NCBI RefSeq assembly: GCF_006345805.1
Contig: NC_043006.1
Location: 62,806,001-62,870,000 of the forward strand
Reading direction: 5' to 3'
Origin: Octopus sinensis
Lineage: Eukaryota
DNA: 64,000 bases
Position numbers and translations under genes: made by a program. Shown here piece by piece: positions 11,201 through 22,786 of this stretch (within the stretch, counting starts at the first letter, position 1; each line of letters begins with the position of its first letter). The notes under the pieces were generated by a model. It was not told the origin of the DNA. It saw only the letters and a list, made by a program, of their open reading frames with translations, and did no database searches.

Positions 11201-11750
11201 ATGCCAGATCTGGAAGGCAGTCTCTTGGGAAACATTCTTTGTCTGATAACCTAGAATATATGCCCAGGGACGTGGCGACTCTACCGCAATGTATCATCGG
11301 ATGAAAAGATGAGCCTATATGAGCAGAAGACTATGGATGGCTATGTTACTAGAAAGCTCCGTGATGATAGTAAGATCTATCATCAAAGCAGTTTATCATG
11401 TAGCAATAGCCGTACCAGACCAGAAAGGAGAAAGCTAATTCGAAGACTACAGATCTAGTCCAACACTAGAACACTGTAAAACTTTCCAGAATTTTATCAT
11501 TCAAATGTATATGAGCTTGTCTAGATATGCAACTATATGCATGAGAATACATACATAAAACATACAAATCTGCACATACACATATACATACATAAATACA
11601 TACAAACATATATACATGCATACATGCATACATACATACAAAACAACCCTGTTGTTGATGTTGAAATTCCAATGAAGGAGCCTTGGATCTAGGTTAGCAA
11701 CCGATCCTTCTTTATTGGCAAGCAATCTTGAAATAAACTGAAAAATGACA
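11201..11750 (+). mobile_element. R4/Dong-like (REL endonuclease) LINE, deleted 3' portion, bounded by (TACA)n
   Basis: Reads ..SLYEQKTMDGYVTRKLRDDSKIYHQSS.. then PERRKLIRRLQ..; 11419-11750 aligns with 22840-23000 joined to 26880-27021. Confidence 0.55.
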
Positions 11751-12579
11751 TACATACACACATACGTACATACATACACACATGCATACATACATGCATG
11801 CATACATACATACATACATACATACATACATACATACATACATACATACATACATACATACATACATACATAAGTGGATATGTGTATGTGCACATACCTG
11901 TTAAGTATCATAGGTTTCCTGCAGAAATATTCAAACGAATTTTAATTCAGGAATGGCAAATTGCAAATTATCTGATGCGTGTCACACAAAATCGCGAATA
12001 AACTGGTGTTAAAAAGATTGAATTTGTTATGCATAGGTATATATAGAATACGTTTAATCTTTTAACGTAATAAAATACATATCCGATATCATGCTTTAAA
12101 ATCTTACAAGCAACGATGAATATACTATGCTTTAACATCAAGTGTATTCCACACTTGTGGGCACACTTTTTTTAACCAGGTGTAAAAAAAAAATACATGT
12201 ATAACTTATTTCCATACATTGATACGAAACATGTAAGCAGAAATGCGAAAAAAAGATAAAAGTAAAATCAACGTGTAAGAAATATACCTCGTCAAAACAC
12301 CAACCTATCAAACTAATCATTGACGACCGTGTGAAACGACTTAACATACATAGATCGTACTTCGCGTTGAAAAAAATCAATGACGTTTTTTCTCCGATAA
12401 AACCTGCTGCACAATAATTAACATCTTAAAAAGTGAAATTGGTACCGTTAGCAAAGAAAAGGAGAGAGAAGCTAGATAATTGTACAGACATGGCCAGAGT
12501 ACAGCTTCAATGCATATTATGACTGCTATTCAATGCTCTGTAAACATTACAGAGGATGTAAGGGTTGACAGAGACATCA

Positions 12580-12793
12580 TAAAAGCCAAATTGCCCCAAA
12601 ATGCGATTAGTCTTTGCGTATATCTTTAGTGACGGTGGCACCATGTCTCCCGATATCTTTGAACAAGGCCTTAGCCTCAAATCATAAAGCTATATGAAGC
12701 TGATTGAGACTGTAGTCAATCTCTGGCTGGAGAAGGTTGCAGCTGGAAAGCCTATATGTATGGCAGCAGGAGTCGGCCCCTTGCCACACCTCC
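12580..12793 (+). mobile_element. Second DD37D/maT transposase fragment
   Basis: SDGGTMSPDIFEQGLSLKS*SYMKLIETVVNLWLEKVAAGKP.YVWQQESAPCHTS, homologous to but diverged from 7750-7920. Confidence 0.7.
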
Positions 12794-12796
12794 ATA

Positions 12797-12905
12797 TGCC
12801 CACGGGCACATGGCGTAGTGGTTAAAAGCACGGAATACTAACCCCAACATTCCGAGCAGTGATCTGAGTGCGAGAGTGATAGATTCCGAGCAGTGATCTG
12901 AGTGA
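12797..12905 (+). mobile_element. tRNA-like head fragment, same family as 16071-16150
   Basis: GCCCAC..TGGCGTAGTGGTTAA (A box)..TACTAACCCCAA.ATTCCGAGCAGTGATCTGA; B box deleted. Confidence 0.6.
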
Positions 12906-13121
12906 GATAATGATAGAGAGAGAGAAGGTGTGTGTTGTGGTTGTTATAGCTGTTATTGATGTGTGTGTGTGTGTGTGTGTGTGTGTCTGTGTATGGGTCA
13001 ATTACTCACACACTTTCACTGAAAAAGATGCGAGAAAAAATAAATAAAAATTACACTTTCACCCACCCACCCCTCTCTCACACACACACACACACAAATA
13101 CACAAAAAAACACACATTTTC

Positions 13122-13153
<32 letters not shown>

Positions 13154-13213
13154 TATATATATATACGAACCATTATATATACGAACCAATTACGATATAC
13201 GAACCAATTACGA

Positions 13214-13302
13214 ACTGGGGTCGATATAATCGACTTAATCCGTTTGTCTGTCCTTGTTTGTCCTCTCTGTGTTTAGCCCCTTGTGGGAAGTAAAGAAATA
13301 GG
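13214..13302 (+). mobile_element. SINE 3' fragment
   Basis: ACTGGGGTCGATATAATCGACTTAATCCGTTTGTCTGTCC..GCCCCTTGTGGG..AAAGAAATAGG matches the reverse complement of 38530-38630. Confidence 0.75.
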
Positions 13303-14039
13303 ACTTAACTCTAATTACTAATTACTACTTAGTAATTACTACTACCTCTACTACTGGTTATTCTAATACACCTGCTACTGTATTGCGTATTTTTAAACCA
13401 TGTGCAATTTATTTTATGTAAAAGGAACGTGTTCAAGTGTCTGCGTATATACAAATATGTGTGTGTGTTTGTATCTGTGTGTCTATGTGTCTGTGTGCGT
13501 GTTTGTATGCACATGCACGCGCGCCTGTGTGTGTGTTGGAATGTCTACAATTACAAGTGTAGAACATTTCCTTAGGACAAATTTATGTTGGACGTGATTT
13601 TGTCAGGACTGATTTCAGTTTTTTGTGTGTTTTGTTTTTCTGTTTTTGTTATGTTTTGTTTTGTTTGAGAATCAACAGCAACCATCACGTGTTACTTATT
13701 AGCGGATACGTTAAAACTAAAGATACGCCGAGTGCGTGACTCGGTTTCAATATACCGCCAATCAACCTTTCACGTCAAATCATACTTTACAAACTTAGAA
13801 GGTGGAACACGTTAGACTGCCCAGTCCTTGAAGAAGACAAAGGAAAGCAATATTATCTGATTATCATTCACCTACATATATATTTTGTATATGTCGCACG
13901 CGCGTGATTGGATAATTAAATGAATATGAAACAAAGAGAGATGTTAATTGAAAGAGAGGGGAAATAATAAACTAGAGAGGACAAAAATGGAGTCCATTTT
14001 TATCATCAAGTTATCAACCTCAACCCAATCATCATTGGG

Positions 14040-14985
14040 TGATATACGTGAATTTAAAGACGGTCAATTTTCTCCTGGGGCAACACAGTGGATGCACCAA
14101 TTGTCCATGCTTCTTTAGAGACATGGAAAAGTAGAAAATGTATGGTAATGAAAGAATGAGCGCCACGGTATTTTAATGTATTTCGATTGTCTTTAGTTCA
14201 ACCGGGAAAAATCATTCTACTGCCACTCTGTATCCAACCTGGCATTGTTATGCAGCTTGTTAAAGCTCTGGATAACAATAGACCATTTCTCAGTGTTATC
14301 ATTGAAACTTGAAAAGCTGGGACTGAATCCACAAAAAGATGGTACCTTTGTTAATTCAATGAACTGCATCGAGGCAGTCGCACATAATTCATATTTAATA
14401 GTTGTAAATGACTTTCTGGACAACAAAGAAGGAGCCAAATATGTTGAAATAGTCGACAATGTCTTCGGGAACTTTGAAAAGTTGGGAGCAAATATGAGCA
14501 TAAAGATGCATTATCTCATCATTTACCTTCATATATTTCTTTGAAGTTTTGGAGACACAAATGAAGAGCAAGGAGAATGCTTCCATTAGGACATGAAAGG
14601 TATCAAGTCGGATGGAACTTGCATATAATGGTGGATTATTGCTGGAATTTGGATCCGGATTTTCCTTAGGTTCAACACTCAAAGAAAATCACAAACACAA
14701 AATTATTCAGTAGAATGTAAAAGTTCTTGTGTTTTTAAAAAAAGAAGATAAAGGTAATTTCTATCTACGTTTGTATGCTATGCCTTGTCCCCCATAATTA
14801 GTTTTATTGGAAAAACAATGGATTACTATGGATCCAGTATCTTAAAATCATGACATTTTGTGTATCAAAAAAGCCCTAGTTGAGGTGAATATTTCTTAAC
14901 AACAGAGAATCTTTTTTTTTTTATTAGCCTAAACTCTATATGGAGTTTATCATTAATCTGAAGCTAAAGTTTGTTGCTGTCCTAA
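14040..14985 (+). mobile_element. Chapaev3-like (CMC superfamily, tentative name) DNA transposon, transposase C-terminal half plus 3' flank, decayed
   Basis: VNLKTVNFLLGQHSGCTNCPCF...KIILLPLCIQPGIVMQLVKALD...NDFLDNKEGAKYVEIVDNVFGNFEKLGANMSIKMHYL...EEQGECFH*D matches the family motif LK.VNFLLGQQ.GYTKYPCF..LPPLHIKLGLMKQFVKAL..MS.K.H.L.SH..EQGERFHQD. Family name is from memory. Confidence 0.7.
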
Positions 14986-15189
14986 TGTGATTTGGGAAAG
15001 GAACATTTGCGCAATTACTTTTCAGCCCAGAATATTACATATAGTTCAGCTATTTATCATAGGCAGTTTACTCTCTACTCCTTCCCCACCTGTCCCTCTC
15101 TCTTTCAGTCACATTCTATCATTTTTTTCTCTCTCACTTTCTCATTCCCTCTGTCTCTCTATCTCCGGTTTCTCGTTTCTCGGTTATAA

Positions 15190-15405
15190 ATGAATTTGGT
15201 AGATGGGAACTAGCTCTAGGTTTTTGTGCACACGTATCAATATCTGTTGATTTGTTTAAATCCAAATAACTTGGCGGTACAGTAATAATACATATATACA
15301 ATAGAATAAGTACCAGGTATAAAAAGAAATTATAAGACTAAACTAATCAAAGCAGAATCCCAGCATGGCCGCAGTCCAAAGACTGAAACAAATATAATGC
15401 TAAAA
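15190..15405 (+). mobile_element. Octopus-type SINE middle and 3' tail, decayed
   Basis: GAATTTGGTAGATGGGAACT..ATAGAATAAGTACCAGG..CCAGCATGGCCGCAGTC..GACTGAAACAA. Confidence 0.6.
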
Positions 15406-15748
15406 GGGAAGATATGAAGCACACGTGTGTGACATCTGTGTTCCCCTCTACCTTTGACGATCAGTGATGGTTTCTTTGTGCAACAAAAACCTAGCGATTC
15501 AGTAACAGACACACGTAGAATTAGAACCAGATTTTAAAATAAGTATTCGACTCGCTTTCTCTCATGAAAATGTTAAGGTGATTCGCCAACGTAGCCGTAG
15601 TCCAGTGAACGAAAGACATAAAATATAAAAGATTAAATATATGCGCGTCTGCGTCAATGTGGGAGTCATGTATCAGTGTGTGAGTCATGAATCTTTATAG
15701 TAATACACATCATTTGTGTGTACATTTATGTGCATACAGTCCTATATT

Positions 15749-16275
15749 TGAGAGAGGAGGAATTATGTACAGTATTTACGTTATTTACATTTGACGGATA
15801 TAAAGGTAGAGGAACATCGCAAAGCTGTGACACGAGGAAATATTGATAAATCGGGTACAGCTGATCATGTATGTCAAAATGGAGACTACCTGCCCCTGTG
15901 GGATGAAGTTAAAATAATACACAGAAAATACGAAAACTAACAAAAGCAGCATGTATGCTAGAATACAACAACCTTCTAAGCAGACCGGGTGCAGATATGA
16001 GTAGCATATGGGAACCGGTATTAGGGAAGGATAGGGAAATATAAGATTTATAAGCCCTAAAATTCACTCCATAATTGCCCACGACGTAGTAGTTAAACGC
16101 ACGGGCTACTAACTCCAAGGTTCTGAGTTCGATTCCAGGCAGTGACCTGAATAATAAGAACAACAACAACAGCAACAACTAATGAAGGCTGGAGGATATA
16201 GCAGCCGAAACATTGTGTTAACAACAAACAAGATGCGGACCAATATCCGTCAATAAGGTAAATAATTGTGTGCAT
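15749..16275 (+). mobile_element. 5'-truncated Penelope-like element: inverted tail, GIY-YIG C-terminus, terminal repeat with tRNA-like head and decayed hammerhead
   Basis: 15800-16043 reads IKVEEHRKAVTRGNIDKSGTADHVCQNGDYLPLWDEVKII.(fs).RKLTKAACMLEYNNLLSRPGADMSSIWEPVL; TTGACGGATA (15791-15800) is the exact reverse complement of TATCCGTCAA (16244-16253). Confidence 0.75.
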
Positions 16276-16680
16276 CACTTGCTATGTACAGGAGATTGCA
16301 TAATCATCTATCTGCGTATATGCATGGACCGTTACTTCTAAACTGATAGGTGTAGCTAACACATTTTTTTTCCGTTATAGATATAATACCCAAACAAGCA
16401 CGCAAAACATTCTATAGGTTTACAGACATGTTGATACACACATGCACAAGTATCGACCCAGATCCTAACATATTTCTTCGTTTTCTTTTTACTTCATTCA
16501 TTCAGGAGACAGCTATCGTATTAGGACAGAGAATCGAGGGTTTAATTGATCAAATCAATCAGGAATTTTTATTTTATTAGTCAATAGTTGCAGGTTACGG
16601 GTCTGTGAACTAATGAACACGCGTTGTATAGTGTTGGGAAAAGCAATAAAAAGCAAAGATGTCCGCTTACGAGCGCATGA

Positions 16681-16732
<52 letters not shown>

Positions 16733-16846
16733 ATATATATATATATTATATATATATATATATTATATATATATATGTATATATAATATATATATATATA
16801 TAATGTATATATATATATATAATGTGTATATATATATATAAAATGC

Positions 16847-16880
<34 letters not shown>

Positions 16881-16883
<3 letters not shown>

Positions 16884-16975
16884 TTCGACGTCGCCTAGCA
16901 AATTATTTTATTGGCTAATTTAAAGCAAAAACCATAGTCCTGCATTACCTCTGGATATCCTTATTGCTTATTTTA

Positions 16976-17019
<44 letters not shown>

Positions 17020-17039
17020 GTATATATATATATATAATG

Positions 17040-17076
<37 letters not shown>

Positions 17077-17216
17077 TATATATATATATATATATATGTG
17101 TGTATATATATATATATATATAAGTTCGACGTCGCCTAGCAAATTATTTTATTGGCTAATTTAAAGCAAAAACCATAGTCCTGCATTACCTCTGGATATC
17201 CTTGTTGCTTATTTTA

Positions 17217-17221
<5 letters not shown>
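16881..17221. repeat. Tandem duplication of a 100-bp unique core separated by (TA)n
   Basis: 16881-16980 and 17122-17221 differ at only two positions by eye. Confidence 0.9.
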
Positions 17222-17310
<89 letters not shown>

Positions 17311-17537
17311 CATACATACATACATACATACATGCACGCATACATACATACATACCTACATACATACATACGTACATACATGCATACATACATACATACA
17401 TACATATATACAGAGAACGAGAGAGATTAGGCATATGAAATGCGGGCATATGTATAAGTTTATGGGCTTACATGTAGATTTATGCATTTATATGCATCTG
17501 TTCGTATCCAAATGTATTCTCTGTATTTGATTACTGT

Positions 17538-17573
<36 letters not shown>

Positions 17574-18749
17574 TGTGTGTGTGTGTGTGTGTGTGTGGGT
17601 GTGTGTGTGTGCTATACATCACTTTTCAAGAACACGTGATCGCTGTCCTGCTGTCGGATATCGAAAGCTCATTAATATCAAAACACATATACTCCACTAC
17701 TAATGTATAGCTCTTAAGTTTCTATTTAGGCGTGAATATAAGAGATGAACCTATCCATCTATTTCTATCCTTCTTTGTCAGACACACACATTTACACAAA
17801 CAACACAAACACACACATACGCAGAAGCATTTACACGCCCGAGCAGAAACATACACGCACTCATGCGCTCAGGCACATACGCACACGCTTCAACGGCATC
17901 TCTCCATCATATTCATCTGCAATTGCATTATTATTGACTTCATCATGGCATTAATAATATGGTACAATCCTTTTCACAAATAAGCCCAATAGAGAAGAAA
18001 GGAATGCAGTCAAATGAATAGAATATAGCATATCATAATTAGTTATTTAATAAATCCCTTTAACTGGCATCTATGAGACGATGCTATATCAAATATCATA
18101 TTTAACCGAACCATATTTCCTTTAACAACTGCACTTGCTCCACCAGTTTATGTATCGAACTGTAGAGCGAATTATAAGTGATTTCTAACTCGTTAACTTA
18201 TTCCTATCTGTTGGGTTCAAGTACCAAACTACTAAGATTTGAAGTAGTTATATATACATGTTATATGATCAGTTCGATGGCACTATTACATTTAGAAGCT
18301 CCAGCGACTAATTGTTGACGGTTCTGTTACTTTAAAGGGCTAAGTTCAAGACTTTCTTGGAGAGTAATTCATAACACCAAACTGAGCAACAAGGAAGGCT
18401 TTATGAAGTCACTATACGTGAAAAGGACATTGTAAAACGTGGTCCTAAATACACAAACAAAATCATGTTGATCATAGATGAAAATTTTTTGATATGAGGT
18501 CTCCAGGATTAAAGTTGAGCTGGAGCTAAACAACAACAACAACAACCGTTAATGGGACTTTCCAATGAGGAAGTGTTTATGTAGTGGTTGAGGATACGTG
18601 ACGACATGTGGCTAAAGAATAATCGAGCTTACTCAGAGCCGGCCGACATATTCTTTTGAAACAAAATAACAGCACAATAAAATCGCGGGCTTCTATGCAA
18701 ATATTCATTCATACATACATACATACAGACATACATACATACATACATA

Positions 18750-18965
18750 GTTAATCCAAACAAGAAAGCACAAAAAAGCACAACAACGCGTGGACGTGGA
18801 ACAAATATAGTATTATAGAACGCTCAGGAAAGAAGGAAAGAAGGAGGGTTTAACGTTTCGAGCGGAGCTCTTCGCCGGAAACATAGGAGAAGGAAAGATC
18901 CAGAGAAGGGAAGACAGAGGTAAAAAATCGCCAACGGTACACATGAGGTCACATTTTGAAATGCA
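18750..18965 (-). mobile_element. PLE-type terminal repeat, second copy of the 8630-8808 family
   Basis: Reverse complement aligns with 8630-8808; the hammerhead core here reads CCGGCGA. Confidence 0.65.
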
Positions 18966-19007
18966 TACATATATAGATACATACATACTTACATACATAC
19001 ATACATA

Positions 19008-19574
19008 CACTACCGTCAGAAATTAATTAGCACCCTTGATTTGCTCACCATGAAGCATGGTGGGGGTGGTCTGATGGTGTGAGGGGCGTTCAGCTACAAT
19101 TGTGTTGGGCGGCTCTATGCCGTCGAAGGCAACATCAACGCAGCAAAGTACGTTGAGATAGTACGGGATACCTCTTTGGTGGCGAGGAGTACGTGCTGGC
19201 CAGTCACCTGACCTGAACCCTATTGAGAACCTCTGGAGTCGATTGGGTAGGGATTTGAATGTGCAGCAATACAGGAACTGACACGAGCTGTTTGGGGCAC
19301 TTCTTGCTGCATGAGGGGCCATCCCTGCACAGTACCTGCAGGCACTCATAGACAGCATGCCGACCCGCGTAGCAGCTATCATTGCTGCCAAAGGAGGTGC
19401 AACAAGATATTGACTAAATTTCACGATTAATAACAATTATGTGGCGTGCTGGGATATGTTTTAATAAATTTTTGATTAAAAACGAGTTCGTTTCTGATAA
19501 TAAGTTAATTAAATTAAGAAAATGTAAGAAAATGTAGAAATTTGAGAAGTGCTAATTAATTTCCGACCGAAGTG
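19008..19574 (+). mobile_element. Internally deleted Tc1 (DD34E-type) transposon with both TIRs
   Basis: TA|CACTACCGTCAGAAATTAATTAGCAC ... GTGCTAATTAATTTCCGACCGAAGTG|TA; internal MKHGGGGLMV*GAFS...QSPDLNPIENLW...LIDSMPTRVAAIIAAKGGATRY*. Confidence 0.9.
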
Positions 19575-19811
19575 TACATACATACATTCATACATACATA
19601 CATACATATATGCATGCATGCACGCATTCATACATACTTACATACATACATACATGTATGCATGCATTCATAAATACATACATACAATACATACTTACAT
19701 ACATACACACATATATACGTACGTACGTACATACATACATACATACATACATAATACATACATACATACATAATACATACATACATACATACATACATAC
19801 ATACATACATA

Positions 19812-21087
19812 CTGGTTAATATTCAGATGAATTAACTGAGGAAGCCTTTCATTCGACTGAAACTTGAATTTAGCATTCAGAGAGTTACTACAAACGTGGC
19901 TGGTCACAACATCAACAACACAATCGAAAACAGAACGAAGACAACAGTTCAACAGCTAAACAGGTTCATTGTAGCTGTAGTTGTAGAAGAAACCGTAACT
20001 ACAAAACTCATTTCTCTTGGTGTTATGAATTGAATAATGATCTATTTCACTGCTATGAAAAAGCGAAACAAAACCCTGTTGTTGGCTATATGAATCGATT
20101 GAAATCATATTGGGACGATGTGCATCCGGAATTAAATCATTTTACTGTGAAGCAACTACGCCAACAAGCAGCATTAATAGAACATAGAAAGAAGGTTATT
20201 AACTGTAACTATGTTAAAAAATTGAAAATTAACCTTCTTCCCAAACGAAAATGTGAATGATATAAGATCACAACGTGGTTTCGCAGCTCGCGACATTCCA
20301 ACAGATTCCATAGTACCTGCCAGCCAAACTACATTACTGGCTCAAGTAGCAGACCGCTGTCCCCCTACTACTACTACTATGGTAAACAGCAGGCACAACC
20401 ACTACGGTTATTGTAATAGTAGGGGTAGTTAGGATTATATGCCGGTGAAATGTGCTCTTACTGAATTTTTCCGGGAAAAAATAACTTTAGCTTTAAAGTA
20501 CCCTCTCGAGGAGAGACTATTCTCTACCAGAATAAGTAAAAAAAAAAATACGGTATTAAAAGCTGTAAACGATACTGGTAATGAGTATTTACAGCAGTGT
20601 GATGAACCCACATTCTGGCAGATTAACGCCTGTCTATATGCTCAGGTTACTACTGTAAAACAGTATATGAATGATATTCAAAAAGTAAAACTGAAATAAC
20701 AAAGAAATAACAAAGAAAGTACGATCATGCCTTTTTGAAAACAGAGAGAAAGATAACTGATTTATGGAAAGCCATCAATCATGTAATTGATGCTTATTGC
20801 ATGCAAACAAGCAAATCACTATACGTCCCACCAACAGAACGTAAGGGAGATAGAAATAATATTTGGAGACAGTAAAAAGAGGGCACTCACTTGCAAACCG
20901 ATTATTCGCAAGCAGGAGCTAAAAGCTGTCAGTGAAAAAAATTCCTATATCAGAAGAGAATAATTGAGAGAAGAACAGTAAAGAAAATAATTAACCGCAA
21001 CCAGGAATCAATATACAGAGACATGAGTGAAAGAGCAGTAAACATCACAGAAGCTCCTTCGCAAGAAATAATCCGAATAATGACAAG

Positions 21088-21090
<3 letters not shown>
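19812..21090 (+). mobile_element. R4/Dong-like LINE, 5' ORF region, decayed
   Basis: HFSWCYELNNDLFHCYEKAK...GYMNRLKSYWDDVHPELNHFTVKQLRQQAALIE and ..PTFWQINACLYA.. resemble the N-terminal domain of R4-clade ORFs; starts and ends in (TACA)n. Confidence 0.5.
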
Positions 21091-21119
<29 letters not shown>

Positions 21120-21124
21120 CATAC

Positions 21125-22758
21125 CAGGGGCGTGCACTCTCAGGTATGCAAGGTATGCGTTGCATGCCCTGTGATTTTTTTTATCCATATGATCGGAAAA
21201 TTAGATAAAATAGTTACTTTGTTTCAAAGAAAATCCGTCCAGTTGTTTTGGAAATATTTTGTCTCCCCTTCTCTCTCAGTGACTTTACTTCTGCTTTTAG
21301 AAGTCATGCATTGACAAGACCAGCATGTCAGACACTCCCTTTCTGTCTTAGTTTGTCCTTCCTTCCTCTCTCTCTCTCTCTTAGTGACTTGTTTAAAAGA
21401 CATGCGAAGAGGATAGGGCATTTGAAATATTTTGACCCCTTCCTCTTTCTCTTAGTGGCTCGTCATACTGCGGGAAGACCCGCATGACCTCCCTCTCTGT
21501 CTCTTAGTTTGTCCATCCTTCCTCTCTCTCTCTTAGTGACTTGATAAAACAGATGCTAGGAGGAAAGGTCGTTCATAATATTTTGTACCCCCTTCCTCTC
21601 TCTCTCAGTGGCATGTCATGCTATGAGGTGACCGCATGATACCCACTCTCTGTCTCTTTTTGAAATTGACTTACAATTTACGCCGGCGCTTCCATGTGTG
21701 TTCGTATATAAGAACAGCCTTTTACGAAATGAGTGAAATGTGTGTTATAAACGATATTTTGAGAAATAGTTTTTCGAAAAGAGTCTTCGATGGAAAATAA
21801 TTAATTATAAATGGTGGGAGACCAACACCGAAAAGGGCTAATGCATTAGATAACATTGTTAAAAAAAGATTTTCGAAGGCAACAGCAATGGAATTACTCC
21901 TCACGGCTTATTATTACCACAAAGGAAAATTATAATTTCATAATCAGCCTTTTTGAGTACATCATTGAAAATCCTGAAGCATGGGGTGATACCACCATAA
22001 ATTCAGCAATTGGATTCTTATACACTTTAAAAGCTCCTGATTTCTTATTTTTGTTAGAAGTATTCAGTGAGATTTTTTCGTTAACATCCTCCAGAGTAAA
22101 AGTCATGACATAGTGTATTGTAAAGATCAAATAGATAAAACTAGAACTGTATTCGAAAACAAACTTGATAATTTTTCAATCTTTTATATATTAGGGGAAA
22201 AATATGGAGTCGATGCAGGAATCGGAATTCAGAGTATATATTGAGCCCCAACGACATTATAAAATGCTTTATAACAAAATTATTAGTACAATAGTTGACC
22301 AAATAAAAGCACGATATTCATCCTTAGAAGAGTTTAAATTCATGGAACTTTCGAATTTCAACAAATTTGATGAGTATTGCAAACGATTTAAAAATCAAGG
22401 GTACTATTTAGGAAGAGTGGTCCCGGTGCGCGCACCCGAGCATCCACGCCAGCTAGTCGTGACTAGTCGATCCTTACTTTGTGTTTTTGTGTTTTATTTA
22501 CTTTGTTTAAGACATTATTTACTTTGTGTTTTTGTGTTTTTTATATTTTGTTTAAAACATTTATTTACTTTGCTAGATAGTCGTAGTACCGGGGCGACGC
22601 TTTTTTTTAATTGTAGGTCATACGGGGGTGATTGCATATTCAGAATCTCCCATATGTAAATCGTAGGAATTCGAAAATTTTTTTACTGAAAAATTGCCCG
22701 GGGGGGGGGCAAGAAAATTCATTGCATGCCCAACCCCGGAAGTCACCGCACGCCACTG
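21125..22758 (+). mobile_element. Non-autonomous hAT (ZMYM1/Tip100-like transposase remnant) with TIRs and 8-bp TSD
   Basis: TIRs CAGGGGCGTGC / reverse complement CAGTGGCGTGC; TSD ATACATAC (21117-24) / ATGCATAC (22759-66); internal RANALDNIVKKRF..QWNYSSRLI..FLFLLEVFSEIF..IVDQIKARYSSL. Confidence 0.85.
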
Positions 22759-22786
22759 ATGCATACATACATACATACATACATAC

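Noticed and set aside
13163-13213. Three ~18-bp TACGAACCA(A)TTA repeats as a CRISPR-like array
   Set aside because: No spacers; slippage duplication of a SINE fragment in eukaryotic DNA.
16081-16150. tRNA-like sequences (also 12807, 51300, 63670) as tRNA genes
   Set aside because: A/B boxes are present but acceptor stems do not close, and each is embedded in a repeat body.
19023-19436. 137-aa minus-strand ORF
   Set aside because: Antisense shadow of the Tc1 transposase.
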